Shown piece by piece: positions 1-13,278 of a stretch of 64,000 nt of DNA. Within the stretch, counting starts at the first letter, position 1. Each line of letters begins with the position of its first letter. A program made the translations under genes and the position numbers. The stretch comes from Mobula hypostoma. Its lineage: Eukaryota. The notes under the pieces are model-generated. The model made no database searches, was not told the DNA's origin, and was given only the letters and a program-made list of their open reading frames with translations. The stretch is from positions 112,904,001 through 112,968,000 of the forward strand of contig NC_086108.1 in NCBI RefSeq assembly GCF_963921235.1, written 5' to 3'.

Positions 1-1634
1 GTCACCTTTTATTCTCACATACAAGCTGTGTACTCTCAAAATTTCATTTTTGAAGACCTTCCATTTTTCCAAGTACACCTTTGCCAGAAAATAGCCTTTC
101 CCAATCCACACTTGCCAGATCCTTTCTGACACCATCAAAAGTGACCTTTCTCCAATTTAAAATCTCAACCTGTGGACCAGACCTACCTCCTTGCATATTT
201 ACTTTGAAACCAATGTCATTGTGGTCACTGGATGCGAAGGGTTCCCCTATTCTGCTGATCATCACAGCATCTATTTGACAACAATTGATTAATCTATATT
301 CTAAACCGTACTGAAACAATACAAAATAAAGCCCTTGCAAACAGCCTGACCGAGCATCCTCACAGTGATCATCCTTTATTTGACTCCAACTCTCTCAGGT
401 TAATAAAAGTGGAAATTCACACTCTTTATTTCAAATAGATCTTTTATTAATTAGCAAACACAGCTTGTCTGTAGATGTGGGGAATTTAGAAGTTGTGTAA
501 TGGGGGGTGGGGACATGGAATTGATCAAGGGCAGTTTTTTTTAGGAAATTTGGAAAACAGGTATTTCTGAGGGAGGCTGAGAGAAAGGTGTTTTCAATCA
601 GGAGGAAGATTGTGGCCCAGGGTAGCAGATCAATGTTGCTGGGGGCAGGGAAAGAGGGATGCAGTCTATGCAGCGTAGTAAAAGCTGTTAGGATGTTGGG
701 AACCAGGCAAATGTCATAGTTAGGCACAGAATGACAATGAGCCCCAGGAGTGTTCATTAATCCTACGACAATCGGCACGGACTAGAAGGGCCGAGATGGC
801 CTGTTTCCGTGCTGTAATTGTTATATGGTTATATAGTTACACAAACATCTGTCACCTGTCCTGTTTCATTCCCTAATAGCAGATCCAGTATTGCATGCTG
901 TGTCTTTGGGACTTCTACATACTGATGAATGAAACTTTCCTCAATGCATTTAACAAACTGTCCCATCTAGTTCTTTTACAATATGGGACTTCCAGTCAAT
1001 ATGTGGAAAGTTAAAATCACCTACTATAACAATCTTGTGTTTCTTGCATAGAGGTCATGGGTTAAGGGTTACAGTTGAAAAGTTTAAGGGGAACAGGAGG
1101 GGGAACTGCTTCATTAGAGGGTGGTGAGCTGCCAGCACCAATGGTGGATGTGGTTTTGTTTTCAATATTTAAGAGAAATTGGGATAGGTACATGCATGGG
1201 AATGGTATTGAGCGCTATGGGCTGGGAGCAAGTCGATGGGGGCAGCCAGTTTAAACGGCTTGGCACGGACTAGATGGGCAGAAAGGTCTGCTTTAGTGCT
1301 GTAGTTTTCTATGACTATGACTCTATGGTCAAGAGGTTCAGTTGTTGTTCAGACTAAACATCAGAATGGGGAGGAAATGTGATCTAAGTGACTTTGACTG
1401 TGGAATGATTGTTGGTGCCAGACAGGGTGGTTTGTATATCCCAGAAACTGCTGATCTCCTGGGATTTTCACACACAACAGTCTCTGGAGTTAACAGAGAG
1501 TGGCGGGAAAAACAGAAAAAAACATCCAGTGAGTGGCAGTTCTGTGGGTGAAAATGCCTTGTTGATGAGAGAGGTCAGAGGAGAATGGCCAGACTGGTTC
1601 AAGCTGACAGGAAGGTGACAGTAACTCAAATAAC

Positions 1635-4600
1635 TGGAGACAGTGTGTGAGGGAGGATAGGCAGGTGATAGAGAAGGGACATGCTCAGACCGATGGTTTG
1701 TGATGTGTCTATTTTAATGCAAGGAGTTGATGAAAGAGAACTTGATGAAGGTGAGGACAATATGAGTGAGGTTGATGTTCTGGAGCATGTTGATATTAAG
1801 GGAGAGGAGGTGTTGGAGTTGTTAAAATACATTAGGACGGATAAGTCCCTGGGGCCTCTCGGAATATTCCCCAGGCTGCTCCATGAGGCGAGGGAAGAGA
1901 TTGCTGAGCCTCTGGCTAGGATCTTTATGTCCTCGTTGTCCACGGGAATGGTACCGGACGATTGGAGGGAGGCAAGTGTTGTCCCCTTGTTCAAAAAAGG
2001 TAGTAGGGATAGTCCAGGTAATTATAGACCAGTGAGCCTTACGTCTGTGGTGGGAAAGCTGTTAGAAAAGATTCTTAGAGATAGGATCTCTGGGCATTTA
2101 GAGAATCATGGTCTGATCAGGGACAGTCAGCATGGCTTTGTGAAGGGCAGATCGTGTCTAACAAGCCTGATAGAGTTCTTTGAGGAGGTGACCAGGCATA
2201 TAGATGAGGGTAGTGCAGTGGATGTGATCTATATGGATTTTAGTAAGGCACATGGTAGGCTTATTCAGAAAGTCAGAAGGCATGGGATCCAGGGAAGTTT
2301 GGCCAGGTGGATTCAGAATTGGCAGAGGGTCGTAGTGGAGAGAGTACATTCAGATTGGAGGATTGTGACTAGTGGTGTCCCACAAGGATCTGTTCTGCGA
2401 CCTCTACTTTTCGTGATTTTTATTAACGACCTGGACGTGGGGGTAGAAGGGTGGGTTGGCAAGTTTGCAGATGACACAAAGGTTGGTGGTATTGTAGATA
2501 GTGTAGAGGATTGTCAAAGATTGCAGAGGGATGTTGATAGGATGCAGAAGTGGGCTGAGAAGTGGCAGGTGGAGTTCAACCCGGAGAAGTGTGAGATGGT
2601 ACACTTTGGAAGGACAAACTCCAAGGCAGAGTACAAAGTAAATGGCAAGATACTTGGTAGTGTGGAGGAGCAGAGGGATCTGGGGGTACATGTCCACAGA
2701 TCCCTGAAAGTTCCCTCACCGGTGGATAGGGTAGTTAAGAAAGCTTATGGGGTGTTAGCTTTCGTAAGTGGAGGGATAGAGTTTAAAAGTCGTGATGTAA
2801 TGATGCAGCTCTATAAAACTCTGGTTAGGCCACACTTGGAGTACTGTGTCCAGTTCTGGTCACCTCACTATAGGAAGGATAGGGAAGCATTGGAAAGGGT
2901 ACAGAGGAGATTTACCAGGATGCTGCCTGGTTTAGAGAGTATGCATTATGATCAGAGATTAAGGGAGCTAGGGCTTTACTCTTTGGAGAGAAGAAGGATG
3001 AGAGGAGTCATGTTAGAGGTGTACAAGATAATAAGAGGAATATATAGAGTGGATAGCCAGCGCCTCTTCCCCAGGGCACCACTGCTCAATACAAGAGGAC
3101 TTGGCTTTAAGGTAAGGGGTGGGAAGTTCAAGGGGGATATTAGAGGAAGGTTTTTTACTCAGAGAGTGGTTGGTGCGTGGAATGCACTGCCTGAGTCAGT
3201 GGTGAAGGCAGATACACTCATGAAGTTTAAAAGACTACTAGACAGGTATATGGAGGAATTTAAGGTGGGGGCTTATATGGGAGGCAGAGTTTGAGGGTCG
3301 GCACAACATTGTCGGCCGAAGGGCCTGTACTGTGCTGTGCTATTCTATGTTCTATGAGTATTATGAACAAAGCGGATGAGCTTAGAGCGTGGATCAGTAC
3401 TTGGAGCTATGATGTTCTGGCCATTACAGAGACTTGGATGGCTCAGGGACAGGAATGGTTACTTCAAGTCCCAGGTTTTAGATGTTTCAGAAAGGACAGG
3501 GAGGGAGGCAAAAGAGATGGAGGTGTGGCACTGTTGATCAGAGATAGAGTCACGGCTGCAGAAAAGGTGGACGTCATGGAGGGATTGTCTATGGAGTCTC
3601 TGTGGGTGGAAGTTAGGAACAGGAAGGGGTCAATAACTCTGCTGGGTGTATTTTATAGGCCACCCAATAGTAAGACGGACATCGAGGAGCCGATAGGGAG
3701 ACTTATTCTGGAAAGTTGTAATCATTACAGGATTGTCATGGTGGGAGATTTTAATTTCTCAAATATCGTTTGGTATATCCCTAGGGCGAAGTGTTCGGAT
3801 GGGGTGGAGTTTGTTAGGTGTGTTCAGGAAGATTTCTTGACACAATATGTAGATAAACCTACAAGAGGAGAAGCTGTACTTGATCTGGTGTTGGGAAATG
3901 AACCTGGTCAGGTGTCAGATCTCTCAGTGGGAGAGCGTTTTGGAGATAGTGATCACAACTCTATCAACTTTAGCACAGCATTGGAGAGGGATAGGAACAG
4001 ACAAATTAGGCAAGCGTTTAATTGGAGTAAGGGGAAATATAAGACTATCAGGCAGAAACTTGAAAGCATAAATTGGAAACAGATGTTCTCAGGGAAATGT
4101 ACGAAAAAATGTTGCAAATGTTCAGGAGTTCGGCATAGGTACGTTCCAATCAAACAGGGAAAGGATGGTAGGGTACAAGAACCATGGTGTACAAAGGCTG
4201 TTGTAAATCTAGTCAAGAAGAAAAGAAGAGCTTACAAAAGGTTCAAAAAACTAGGTAAAGATAGAGATCTAGAAGATTATAAGGCTAGCAGGAAGGAGAT
4301 CAAGAAAGAAATTAGGAGAGCCAGAAGGGGACATGAAAAGGCCTTGGTGGACAGGATTAAGGAAAACCCTTAATGTTAAGAGTAAGAGGATACGATGTGA
4401 GAGAATAGGACCAATCAACTGTGACAGTGGAAAAGTGTGTATGGAACCGGAGGAGATAACACTTAATAAGTACTTTGCTTCAGTGCTCACTACGGAAAAG
4501 GATCTTGGTGATTGTAGGGATGACTTACAGTGGAATGAAAAGATTGCTCATGTAGATTTTAAGAAAGAGGATGTGCAGGAGCTTTTGGAAAGCATCAAGT

Positions 4601-5841
4601 TGGATAAGTCAGCGGGACCCAACGAGATATACCACAGGCTACTGTGGGAGACGAGGGAGGAGATTGTTGAGCCTCTGGCGATGATCGTTGCATCATCAAT
4701 GGGGACGGGAGAGGTTCCGGAGGATTGGAGGGTTGCAGATGCTGTTCATTATTCGAGAAAGGGAACAGAGACAGCCCAGGAAATTATAGACCAGTGAATC
4801 TTACTTCAGTGGTTAGTAAGTTGATGGAGAAGATCCTGACAGGCAGGATTTATGAACATTTGGAGAGGCATAATATGATTAGGAATAGTCAGCATGATTT
4901 TGTCAAAGGCAGGTCATGCCTCACGAGCCTGATTGAACTTTTTGAAGATGTGACTAAACACATTGATGATGGTAGTGCCGTAGTTGTAGTGTATATGGAT
5001 TTCAGCAAGGCATTTGATAAGGTACCCCATGCAAGGCTTATTGAGAAAGTAAGGAGGCATGGGATCCAAGGGGACATTGCTTTGTGGATCCAGAACTGGC
5101 TTGCCCACAAAAGGCAAAGAATGGTTGTAGATAGGTCATATTCTGCATGGAGGTCGGTGACCAGTGGTGTGCCTCATGGATCTGTTCTGAGACCCCACTC
5201 TTCGTGATTTTTATAAATGACCTGGATGAGGAAGTGGAGGGATGGGTTAGTAAATTTACTGATGACGCAAAGGTTGGGGATATTGTGGATAGTGTGGAGA
5301 TCCCACTAGGAGTATTGTGCTCAGTTCTGGTCGCCTTACTAAAGGAAGGATGTGGAAACCATAAAAAGGGTGCAAAGGAGATTTATAAAGATGTTGCCTG
5401 GATTGGGTAGCAAGCCTTATGAGAATAGGCTAAGTGAACTCAGCCTTTTTTCCTTTGAGCGTTGGAGGATGAGAGGTGACCTGATAGAGGTGTATAAGAT
5501 GATGAGAGCCATTGATCGTGTGGATCGTCAGACACTTTTTTCCAGGGCTGAATTGGCTAGCACGAGAGGGTACAGTTTTGAGGTGCTTGGAAATAGGTAC
5601 AGAGGAGATGTCAGGGGTAAGTTTTTTACGCAGAGAGTGGTGAGTGCATGGAATGGGCTGCCGGCGATGGTGGTGGAGGTGGATATGATAGTTTCTTTTA
5701 GGAGACTCCTGGACAGGTATATGGAGCTCAGAAAAATAGAGGGTTATGAGTAACCCTAGGTAATTTCTAAGGTAGGGACATGTTCAGTACAGCTTTGTGG
5801 GCCGAAGGGCCTGTGTTGTGCTGTAGGCTTTCTATGTTTCT
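1635..5841 (+). mobile_element. Older CR1 LINE (APE and RT ORF2, frameshifted) hosting a nested younger CR1
   Basis: CVYFNARS (before 1727) resumes as SIMNKADELR at 3356; ITETW, YRPP, GDFN and SDH APE motifs; RT fragments to 5753; TTCTATGT-type tail. Confidence 0.9.
1728..3355 (+). mobile_element. Young 5'-truncated CR1 LINE (RT, open frame)
   Basis: NYRPVSLTS, QHGF, GVPQGS and KFADD motifs; GTTCTAT tail; GAGT TSD at 1724-1727 and 3356-3359; near-identical by eye to the copies at 20744 and 56192. Confidence 0.92.
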
Positions 5842-6675
5842 ATAACCATGCGTTACAATAGTGGTGTGCAGAAGGACATCTCTGAATGCACAACACGTTG
5901 AACCTCCATGTGGACGGGCTACAGCAGCAGTAGACCACACCGGCTTCTGTACCTAACAGAGTGGCCACTGGGTGTATATGTACTTTGATCATAAATTTTA
6001 CTTTGACCTTTGGACATTGTCGGCGGATGGTACCAGAGCAAGTTGCTTTTGTAAAGGAGGAGATATTAGTGGCCAGAAAGCTGGATAATGGATGTAATGC
6101 TGAGGCTTTATCAGGCATCACTTAGACGACACCTGGACAATTGTGAGCAGTTTTGGGCCCCTTATTTAAGAACGGATGTGCTAGCATTGGAGAGGGTCCA
6201 GAGGAAGTTCAGGAGAATGATTCTGCCAATTGAATGTTTAACATATGGACAGTATTTGATAGCTCTGGGCCTGTACTCACTGGAATTTAGAAGAATGAGG
6301 GTAGGTGTTATAGAAACCTATTGAATATTGAAAGATCTCGATAGAGTGGATGTGAAAAGGATGTTTCCTATAGTGGGAGAGTGTAGGACCAGAGCTCACA
6401 GCGTCAGAATAGAAGGACGTCCTTTTTAGGAAAGCGATAAGAAGGAATTTCTTTAGCCAGATGGTGGTGAACGTGTCCATTGCGTTTGCCTCTACTGCCA
6501 CACCATGTAGCACATTCAGGTACCCACCACTCTCTGTATAAAACACATCTCATTTAAAATCCCTTCTGTCACTTTAGCATCGCTCCTCGCCTTCCATGGC
6601 CCCATGTTCCTGCACTGAGCAGACTTGGAAGGCCGAATGGCCTGATTCTGCTCCTCTGTGTTCTGGAGCACCGAA

Positions 6676-6787
6676 TGAACACCAGAGGGCAGCACTGACA
6701 GGAGGAGCAAGCCTGCAACCCATGACGGGTTTCAATGGAGGCTCTTCCACACGGCCTCAGCTCTCCTCTGCTGCCCTCTGGTGTTCA
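6676..6787. promoter_or_regulatory. Perfect 19-bp inverted repeat containing CTCF-like motifs
   Basis: TGAACACCAGAGGGCAGCA (6676-6694) and its exact reverse complement (6769-6787). Confidence 0.45.
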
Positions 6788-8039
6788 CTCAATGGAAGAA
6801 CAAGCTGGACCAGAGCAATCTACAGTCATGTCACTTCTGGTATATTATGTTTTTCTTTGTGACTGAATATTTTCCTGAAATCATAATCACATGTGCTATT
6901 TGTGCTATGTGCTGTGGGTAATATGTTTTGCATCTTAGCCCCAGAGGAACTCTGTTTCATTTGGATATATTCATATATGATTGAATGATAATTAAATTTC
7001 AACTTGAGTTGGACATGTCCCCAGACCTGGTGGAATCTATCCCGGGAAGGCAGGAGAGGAGCTTTGTCAGAGACGTCTGAATCTCTGGTCAGAGGCTGCT
7101 AGGCTATGCAAAGGATGTGACTGCACTGGAGCGGGATCAGAGAATGTGAACAGCCTTGCAAAATATTCCATTCTCTTCTGCAGTCCACAGCAGAGCTTGG
7201 TGTACAAAATGATGAAGGGTATAGGTAAGGTAAATGCAAGCAAGCTTTTTCTACTGAGGTTGGTTGAGTCCAGAACTAGAAAGCTATGGTCCATGTGCCA
7301 GTTGAATGGAACTAGGCATAGATTAGATGGGCCAAAGGGCCTGTTTCTGTGCTGTAGTGTTCTACAACTCTATCCTTTAAACAGATGTCTGTCTAACTGA
7401 GCTATTCAGTGAAGCAGATGGAAGATAAATCAAGAACAGGAAGGAGGTATAAAGATACACACTGAAGAGTAAAAAAGTGCAGAAAGGATTTACGAGGATG
7501 TTGCCAGGACGAGAGGACCTGAGTTATATAGAGAGGCTGTCCGGGCTAGGTCTTTATTCCTTGGAGAGTTCCTTACAGAAGTGTTTACAATCATGGGAGG
7601 CATAGATAAAGTGGATGGTGATGGAGACCAAAACTAGGGGGCATAGGTGTAGGGCGAGAGGGAAAAGATTTAAAAGGGAACTGAGGGGCAACATTTTTCC
7701 ACCCAGAGAGTGGCGAGGATATGAAACAAGCTGCCATAGAAAGTGGTTGAGGGCAGGCACAATAGTATCAAGTAAGAAGCACTTGGATAGTAGGTCTATG
7801 GGCCAAATGCAGGTAATTGGGACTGGCTGGGTGGGCACCATGGTCAGCATAGAGAAGTTGGGCCGAATGGCCTGTATCTGTGCTCTATTGCTCTGTGACT
7901 GTAAATGCAGACCATTACTGAACTTTATTTGTTTGTAACATAGAAATACTGGTAAATAAAGCCTTGGTAATGTTCTCTTAATAACACTTCAAAATGCCTT
8001 CACTTTTTACACAATTTATCATGGTGGATATACAATTTA

Positions 8040-8310
8040 TTTAGAGATACAGCAGGCAACAGGGTCTTCTGGCCCAGTGAGCCACACTGCCCAACAGCCC
8101 ATCAATTTAACCCTAGCCTAATCACAGGACAGTTTACAATGACCTACTAACCTATTAACCATTGCGTCTTTGAACTGTGGGAGGAAACCACACTTACATG
8201 GAAAGAAACATACAACCTTCTTACAGAGGACGCTGGAATTGAACTGTGAAATCTGATGCCCCAAGCTGTAATAGGGTCGCACTAACTGCCACACTCCCGT
8301 GGCACCCCAA
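8040..8310 (-). mobile_element. tRNA-derived SINE (HE1/V-SINE-like); representative of a dispersed family
   Basis: Shared core CTAATCACAGGACA.TTTACAATGACC...GTGGGAGGAAAC also found at about 16435-16710, 25485-25735, 30200-30540, 41540-41815, 49050-49335, 55680-55950 (+) and 63295-63585. Related SINEs lie at about 10150, 12090, 15810, 47400 and 48340. Confidence 0.7.
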
Positions 8311-11300
8311 TGCATGCTGGTCGTGTCTCATGGCCAAAACCAAATGGTTTTCTTCAGTTTACTTTGGATGTCTCTCTTGTTCCTTAAATCCGCAAATCCA
8401 TTAGGCTGACACAATGGTGCAGAGGGTGGAGCCACTGCTTCACAGTTTCAGAGACTTTGGTTTGATCCTGATTTATGGTGCTTTCTGTGTGGAGTTCAGA
8501 AGATCTGTCCTGGACCCAGCACACAAGTGCGATTGCCAAGAAATCACAGCAGCACCTCTACTTCCTCAGGAGTCTGAGGAGATTCACCTTGACATCTAAA
8601 ATTTTGGCAAATTTCTAGAGATGTGTAGTGGAGAGAGTATTGACTGGATGTGGAAACACAAATGTCTTTGAATGGAAAATCCTGCAAAAGGTAATGGATT
8701 CAGCCCAATACATCATGGATAAAGCTTTCCCAACCAATGAGCACAAATACATGAAACAGTGTCATGGGAAAGCAGCATCCATCTTTAGGGATCCTCACCA
8801 CCCAGGCCAGGCTCTCTTCTTGCTACTGCCATCAGGGAGGAGGTACAGGAGCCTCAGGACTCCCACCACCAGGTTCAGGAACAGTTACTACACCACAACC
8901 ATCAGGCCCTCGAACAAAAGGGGACAACTACACTTTCTAGCCCTATCATTGAAACTGAGCTGTTCCTACACCAATGACCTTACTTTAAGGACTCTATCTT
9001 ATTATCTCATGCTCTTATAATTTATAGCTATTTATTTATATTTGCATTTGCACAGTTAGTTTTCTTTGCCCTCTGGTTGATCTTTCATTGATCCAGTTAT
9101 AGTTCTATTCTTTTGAGTTACTGAATATGCCTGCAGGGAAATGAATCTCAGAGTTGTGTATGGTGACATACACAGTATGAACTTTGATAACAAAGTGTGT
9201 TTTGAACTTTGAAGGAATCTCTGTATGTGTGGTTTCTTCTGGCTGTTCTGATTCGCTCCCGCAGTGCAGACATGACAGTTAGTAGGTTAATTGTCATTGT
9301 AAATTGTCCTGCGTGGGGCAAGCAAGCGGAGTAGCAGGGAGCAGTGAGGCAGAACAACCTGTTTCTCTGCAGTTCCGTATCACCAAAGCTTCTGGACCTT
9401 GGGGGTGAGGCTCCTTCATCGTGGCCACAGACTTTGGAAATTTACGCTCCGTTGTCAACGAATAGGAATTGAAATATCATTTGTAAAGGAGGACAGAGAG
9501 AGAGACTGACCACACTGGAAAAAGAGCTGCACAGCTCAGATGATCAAAAACATAATTACCCCAAAAATGACCATGACTATTAAATTGGGCCATTTGGCCC
9601 GTTGAGCCTGTTCCAGACAAGTCTAGGACCAGAGGGCAGAATAGCTTGGAGATGAGGAATTTCTTTAGCCAGAGGGTGGAGAATTGGTGGAATTTACTGT
9701 CACAGATGGCTGTGGAGGCCATGTCATTTAAAGCCATACAGTAAAAGCAGAATTAGGCCATTCGGCCCATTGAATCTACTCCACCATTCCATCGTGGCTG
9801 GTTTACTATCCCTCTCAACTCCATTCTCCTGCTTTTGACACCCTGACTAATCAAGAAACTATCAACCTCCATTTTAAATACACCCAATAAGTTGGCCTCC
9901 AGAGTCATTAGTTCCACAGATTCAGCACTCTCTAGCTAAAGAAATGCCTTCTGCTCTTTTTCAGAATCCCCAGTTGATCCCAACCCAGGTCCATATAAGA
10001 ATGTGTTCCCTGTTGTCAGCATGGCCACGATGGGCCAGAGGGCCTGTTTCTGTGCTCTATAATGGTGTGACCCTGATTCTTTTGGTGCCCACGCCCTGAA
10101 CGCGGTGATTTACCTTCCCAGGCATCCGAGGCATAACATGCTGGAAGGGATGGTAGCATAGTGTTTGGCGTAAAACTATCACACTGCCAGTGGCCTGGGG
10201 TCAATTCCCGCTGCTGGCTGTGAGCAGTTTGTTTGTTCTCCCCATGGACGCGTGGATTTCCTCTGGGCGCTCCTGTTTCCTCCCACATTCCAAAGATGTA
10301 TGGGTTAGTAGGTGAATTGGCCACATGGGTGTAGTTGGACAGCACAGACGCGTTGAGTTGGAAGGACCTGTTACCGTGCTCTATCTCGAAATAAAATAAT
10401 ACTGAAGCTCCCCCACCCATGGGGTGAAGAAATTTCTCCTCATCTCAATTCACAATTGATGAATTAATGATCAGGAAGAGAAAGCTCATAGAATCACAGA
10501 GAAATATAGCACAGAAACAGGCCCTTCGGCCCATCTAGTCCATGCCAAAACCACTTAACCTGCCTACTCCCATCAACCTGCAACAGGACCTCCATACACC
10601 AACCATCCATGTACCTGTCCAAATTTCTCTTGAACAGCCCTGTGAGAGTGTGGAACAAGCTGCCAGCTTGTATTCAATACACTGATTTATGAAGGCCAAC
10701 GTGCCAAAAGCTTTCCTTACGGCCCTATCTCCCTGTGATGCCACTTTCGGTGAATTATGGACCTGTATTCCTAGATCCTTTTGTTTTCCCACACACCTCA
10801 GTGCCCTACCGCTCACTGTGCAAGACCTACACTGGTTGTTCCTACCTCGCACTTGTCTGCATTCAATTCCATCGGCCATTTTTCAGCCATTTTTCCAGCT
10901 GGTGCAGATCCCTCTGCAGACCATGTTAGCCTTCCTCACTGTCCACTACACTCCTACAAGTGGTGAGGTGGGTGAATCTGCTTTAGGGGATTGGTGGTGG
11001 AGAGAGACAGCAGCTTTAAATTCCTGGGTGTTGTTCTGGGACATGATACAATCACAAGGAAAGCACACCAGCATCTTTACTTTCTTAGAAGGTACAGTTA
11101 AGTTGTCACCAAGCACTAACAAACATCTACGGATGTAGAAGTGTTCGGATGGAAGAGGTATGGAGGACTATGGTCTAGGTGTGAGTTGATGGGATTAGGT
11201 AGTGTAAGAGTACAGCAGAGACTATTTGGGCCAAAGGGCAGGTTTCTGTGATGTGGTGGTCTATGACTTGAGATGTACTAATACCAGTGTCCTGACTGGT

Positions 11301-13278
11301 TGTATCACACTCTGGTATGGCAATTCAAATGTGCAGGAACACAAGAAACTACAGAAAGTACTGGACTTTGCTTGATACATCATGGGCACATCCCTCCTCA
11401 CCATCAGTCGTACCTACAGGGGGTGCTGCCTTAGGAAGGCAACGTCCATCATCAGAGATCCCCACCATCGGGGCTGTGCCAAATTCTCACAGCCCCCAAT
11501 GGGCAGGAGGTAGAGAAGTCCCAAGTCCCACACTACCAGGTTCAGCAACAACTATTCCCTTCGACCATTTAGGTTCTTAACCAACCAGCACAACCCTAAT
11601 CACTACAGGTTAGCAACACCTCAGAAGCTGCTGTGTGTGAGCACGCCTCCACCCTACCGAAGGGTGACAATAAACTTGACTTTGATTCTGGCCCTTGGCC
11701 CCGGGATTCCATCTTCTGAATATCAGCCCAATATTCCACAACACGCTTCCAGCAATTCCCTACGATCAAGGATGATTTCTAGGACCGAGTCTCGTCTCTG
11801 AAGTTCAACGGGGTTGGAGTTGGAATTGGAATTGGAATTCGTATTGGTTTATCGTTGACACAATGAAACATTAAACACAAGCGGTTCTGCAGATGCAGTT
11901 CATGTCTCGGGCCAAGACCCTTTATCCATTCCTGATGATGTGGCTGAGGTGTAGAATCTTGGGGAGGGTTGATGAGAGTGTGCGCAGCATGAAATGGGGT
12001 TAGTGTAGGATTGGTGGGATTAGTGCAATGGTTGGCACAGATTTGCTGGGCTGTGTCAGCACTGACTCGACGGTGTGAGCAGTCAGTGTAATACGTCATA
12101 GCGCCAGCAGTCGCCCATTGGCGTTCACGTCCTGCTGCTCTCTGTAAGACTCTTGTACATTCTGCCCATGATGGCATGGGCTTCCTCTAGGTGCCCCGGT
12201 TTCCACCCACATTCCAAAGACGTACAGATTAGGGTTAATAAATTGTGGACATGCTATATTGGCGCTGGCAGTGTAGTGAAGCTTGTGGGCTGCTCGGTAT
12301 AATCTTAACTGATTTAATTTGACATAAAGCGATGCATTTCACTTCAATGTTTTGAGACACACGTGACATATAAAGCTAATCTTTAAGTTTCTTATTCTAA
12401 ACACCATCTCATAAGTACTTGAGCTTGTGTTATGTTTGTGAGAATATTGTTGGTTCAGGAAGTGATCGGGAGATGGTTGCTGAACATTGTGAGCATGGCA
12501 CTTGCCGTCTGCCCCCAGCACATCCTTAGATTTTGTTGGTTGTTAACACAAACGATACACGTCCATGTATGTCTCAAAATAATCTGAAAGATGAACAAGA
12601 GTTCCAAGTGAAGGCCATTTATACAGAAAGGTGCTGGAAAAAGTCCAGTAACACCGTGAAGGATCCTACCCACCCTGCTCATGGACTGTTTGACAGGGAG
12701 GAGGCTACGTAGCATCCACACCAGGACCACCAGACTCAAACACAGTAACTTTCCCCAAGCACAAGGTTGATCAACACCTCCACCCACTAATCCACCCCTC
12801 CACACCGCCAATCATCACTGCTTTATCACTTCCTGTCAGTCGCCTTATGTACAGACACTCCTGTGCCTAGCATCGCTTTATGGACATATAATCAATCGAT
12901 GTACAGTATATAAGATATCTTATGTATTTATATTTATTGTGTTTTATTATTATTGTTGTTCTTTATCTTATTGTGTTTTTTATGCTGCATTGGCACTTTG
13001 CTATCCCACATGCTGATTTGTCATTCCTTTCAATCCCGTTCTCCCTTGACGTAACCTTTGATGCCCTGACTAATCAGGAATCTGTCAACCTCCAGTTTAA
13101 ATAAACCTAATAACTTGGCCTAATTAGCCATCTGCAGCAATGAATTGCACAGATTCACAACGCTCTGGCTTAAGAAAATCCTCATTTCTGTTCTAAAGCA
13201 AAATACTTTAATTTTGAGGCTGTACCCTTTGGTTCGAGACTCCTCCACTATGGGAAACATCCTCTCCACGATTACTCC

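Larger units (their letters stand above)
1327..5977 (+). mobile_element. Tc1-like non-autonomous element, split by a CR1 insertion (arms about 1327-1634 and 5842-5977)
   Basis: Paired-like HTH remnant MGRKCDLSDFDCGMIVGAR...ETADLLGFSHTTVS; right TIR ...GTGGCCACTGGGTG-TA; ATAAC at 1630-1634 and 5842-5846 flanks the CR1. Confidence 0.75.

Noticed and set aside
1681..4373. Apparent two-gene RT plus endonuclease 'operon' (retron-like or defence-like system)
   Set aside because: Explained by a young CR1 nested in an older CR1 (GAGT TSD); eukaryotic LINE context.
9360..9410. Possible plus-strand micro-exon (ctctgcAG...GTGAGG)
   Set aside because: No recognisable peptide or partner exons.
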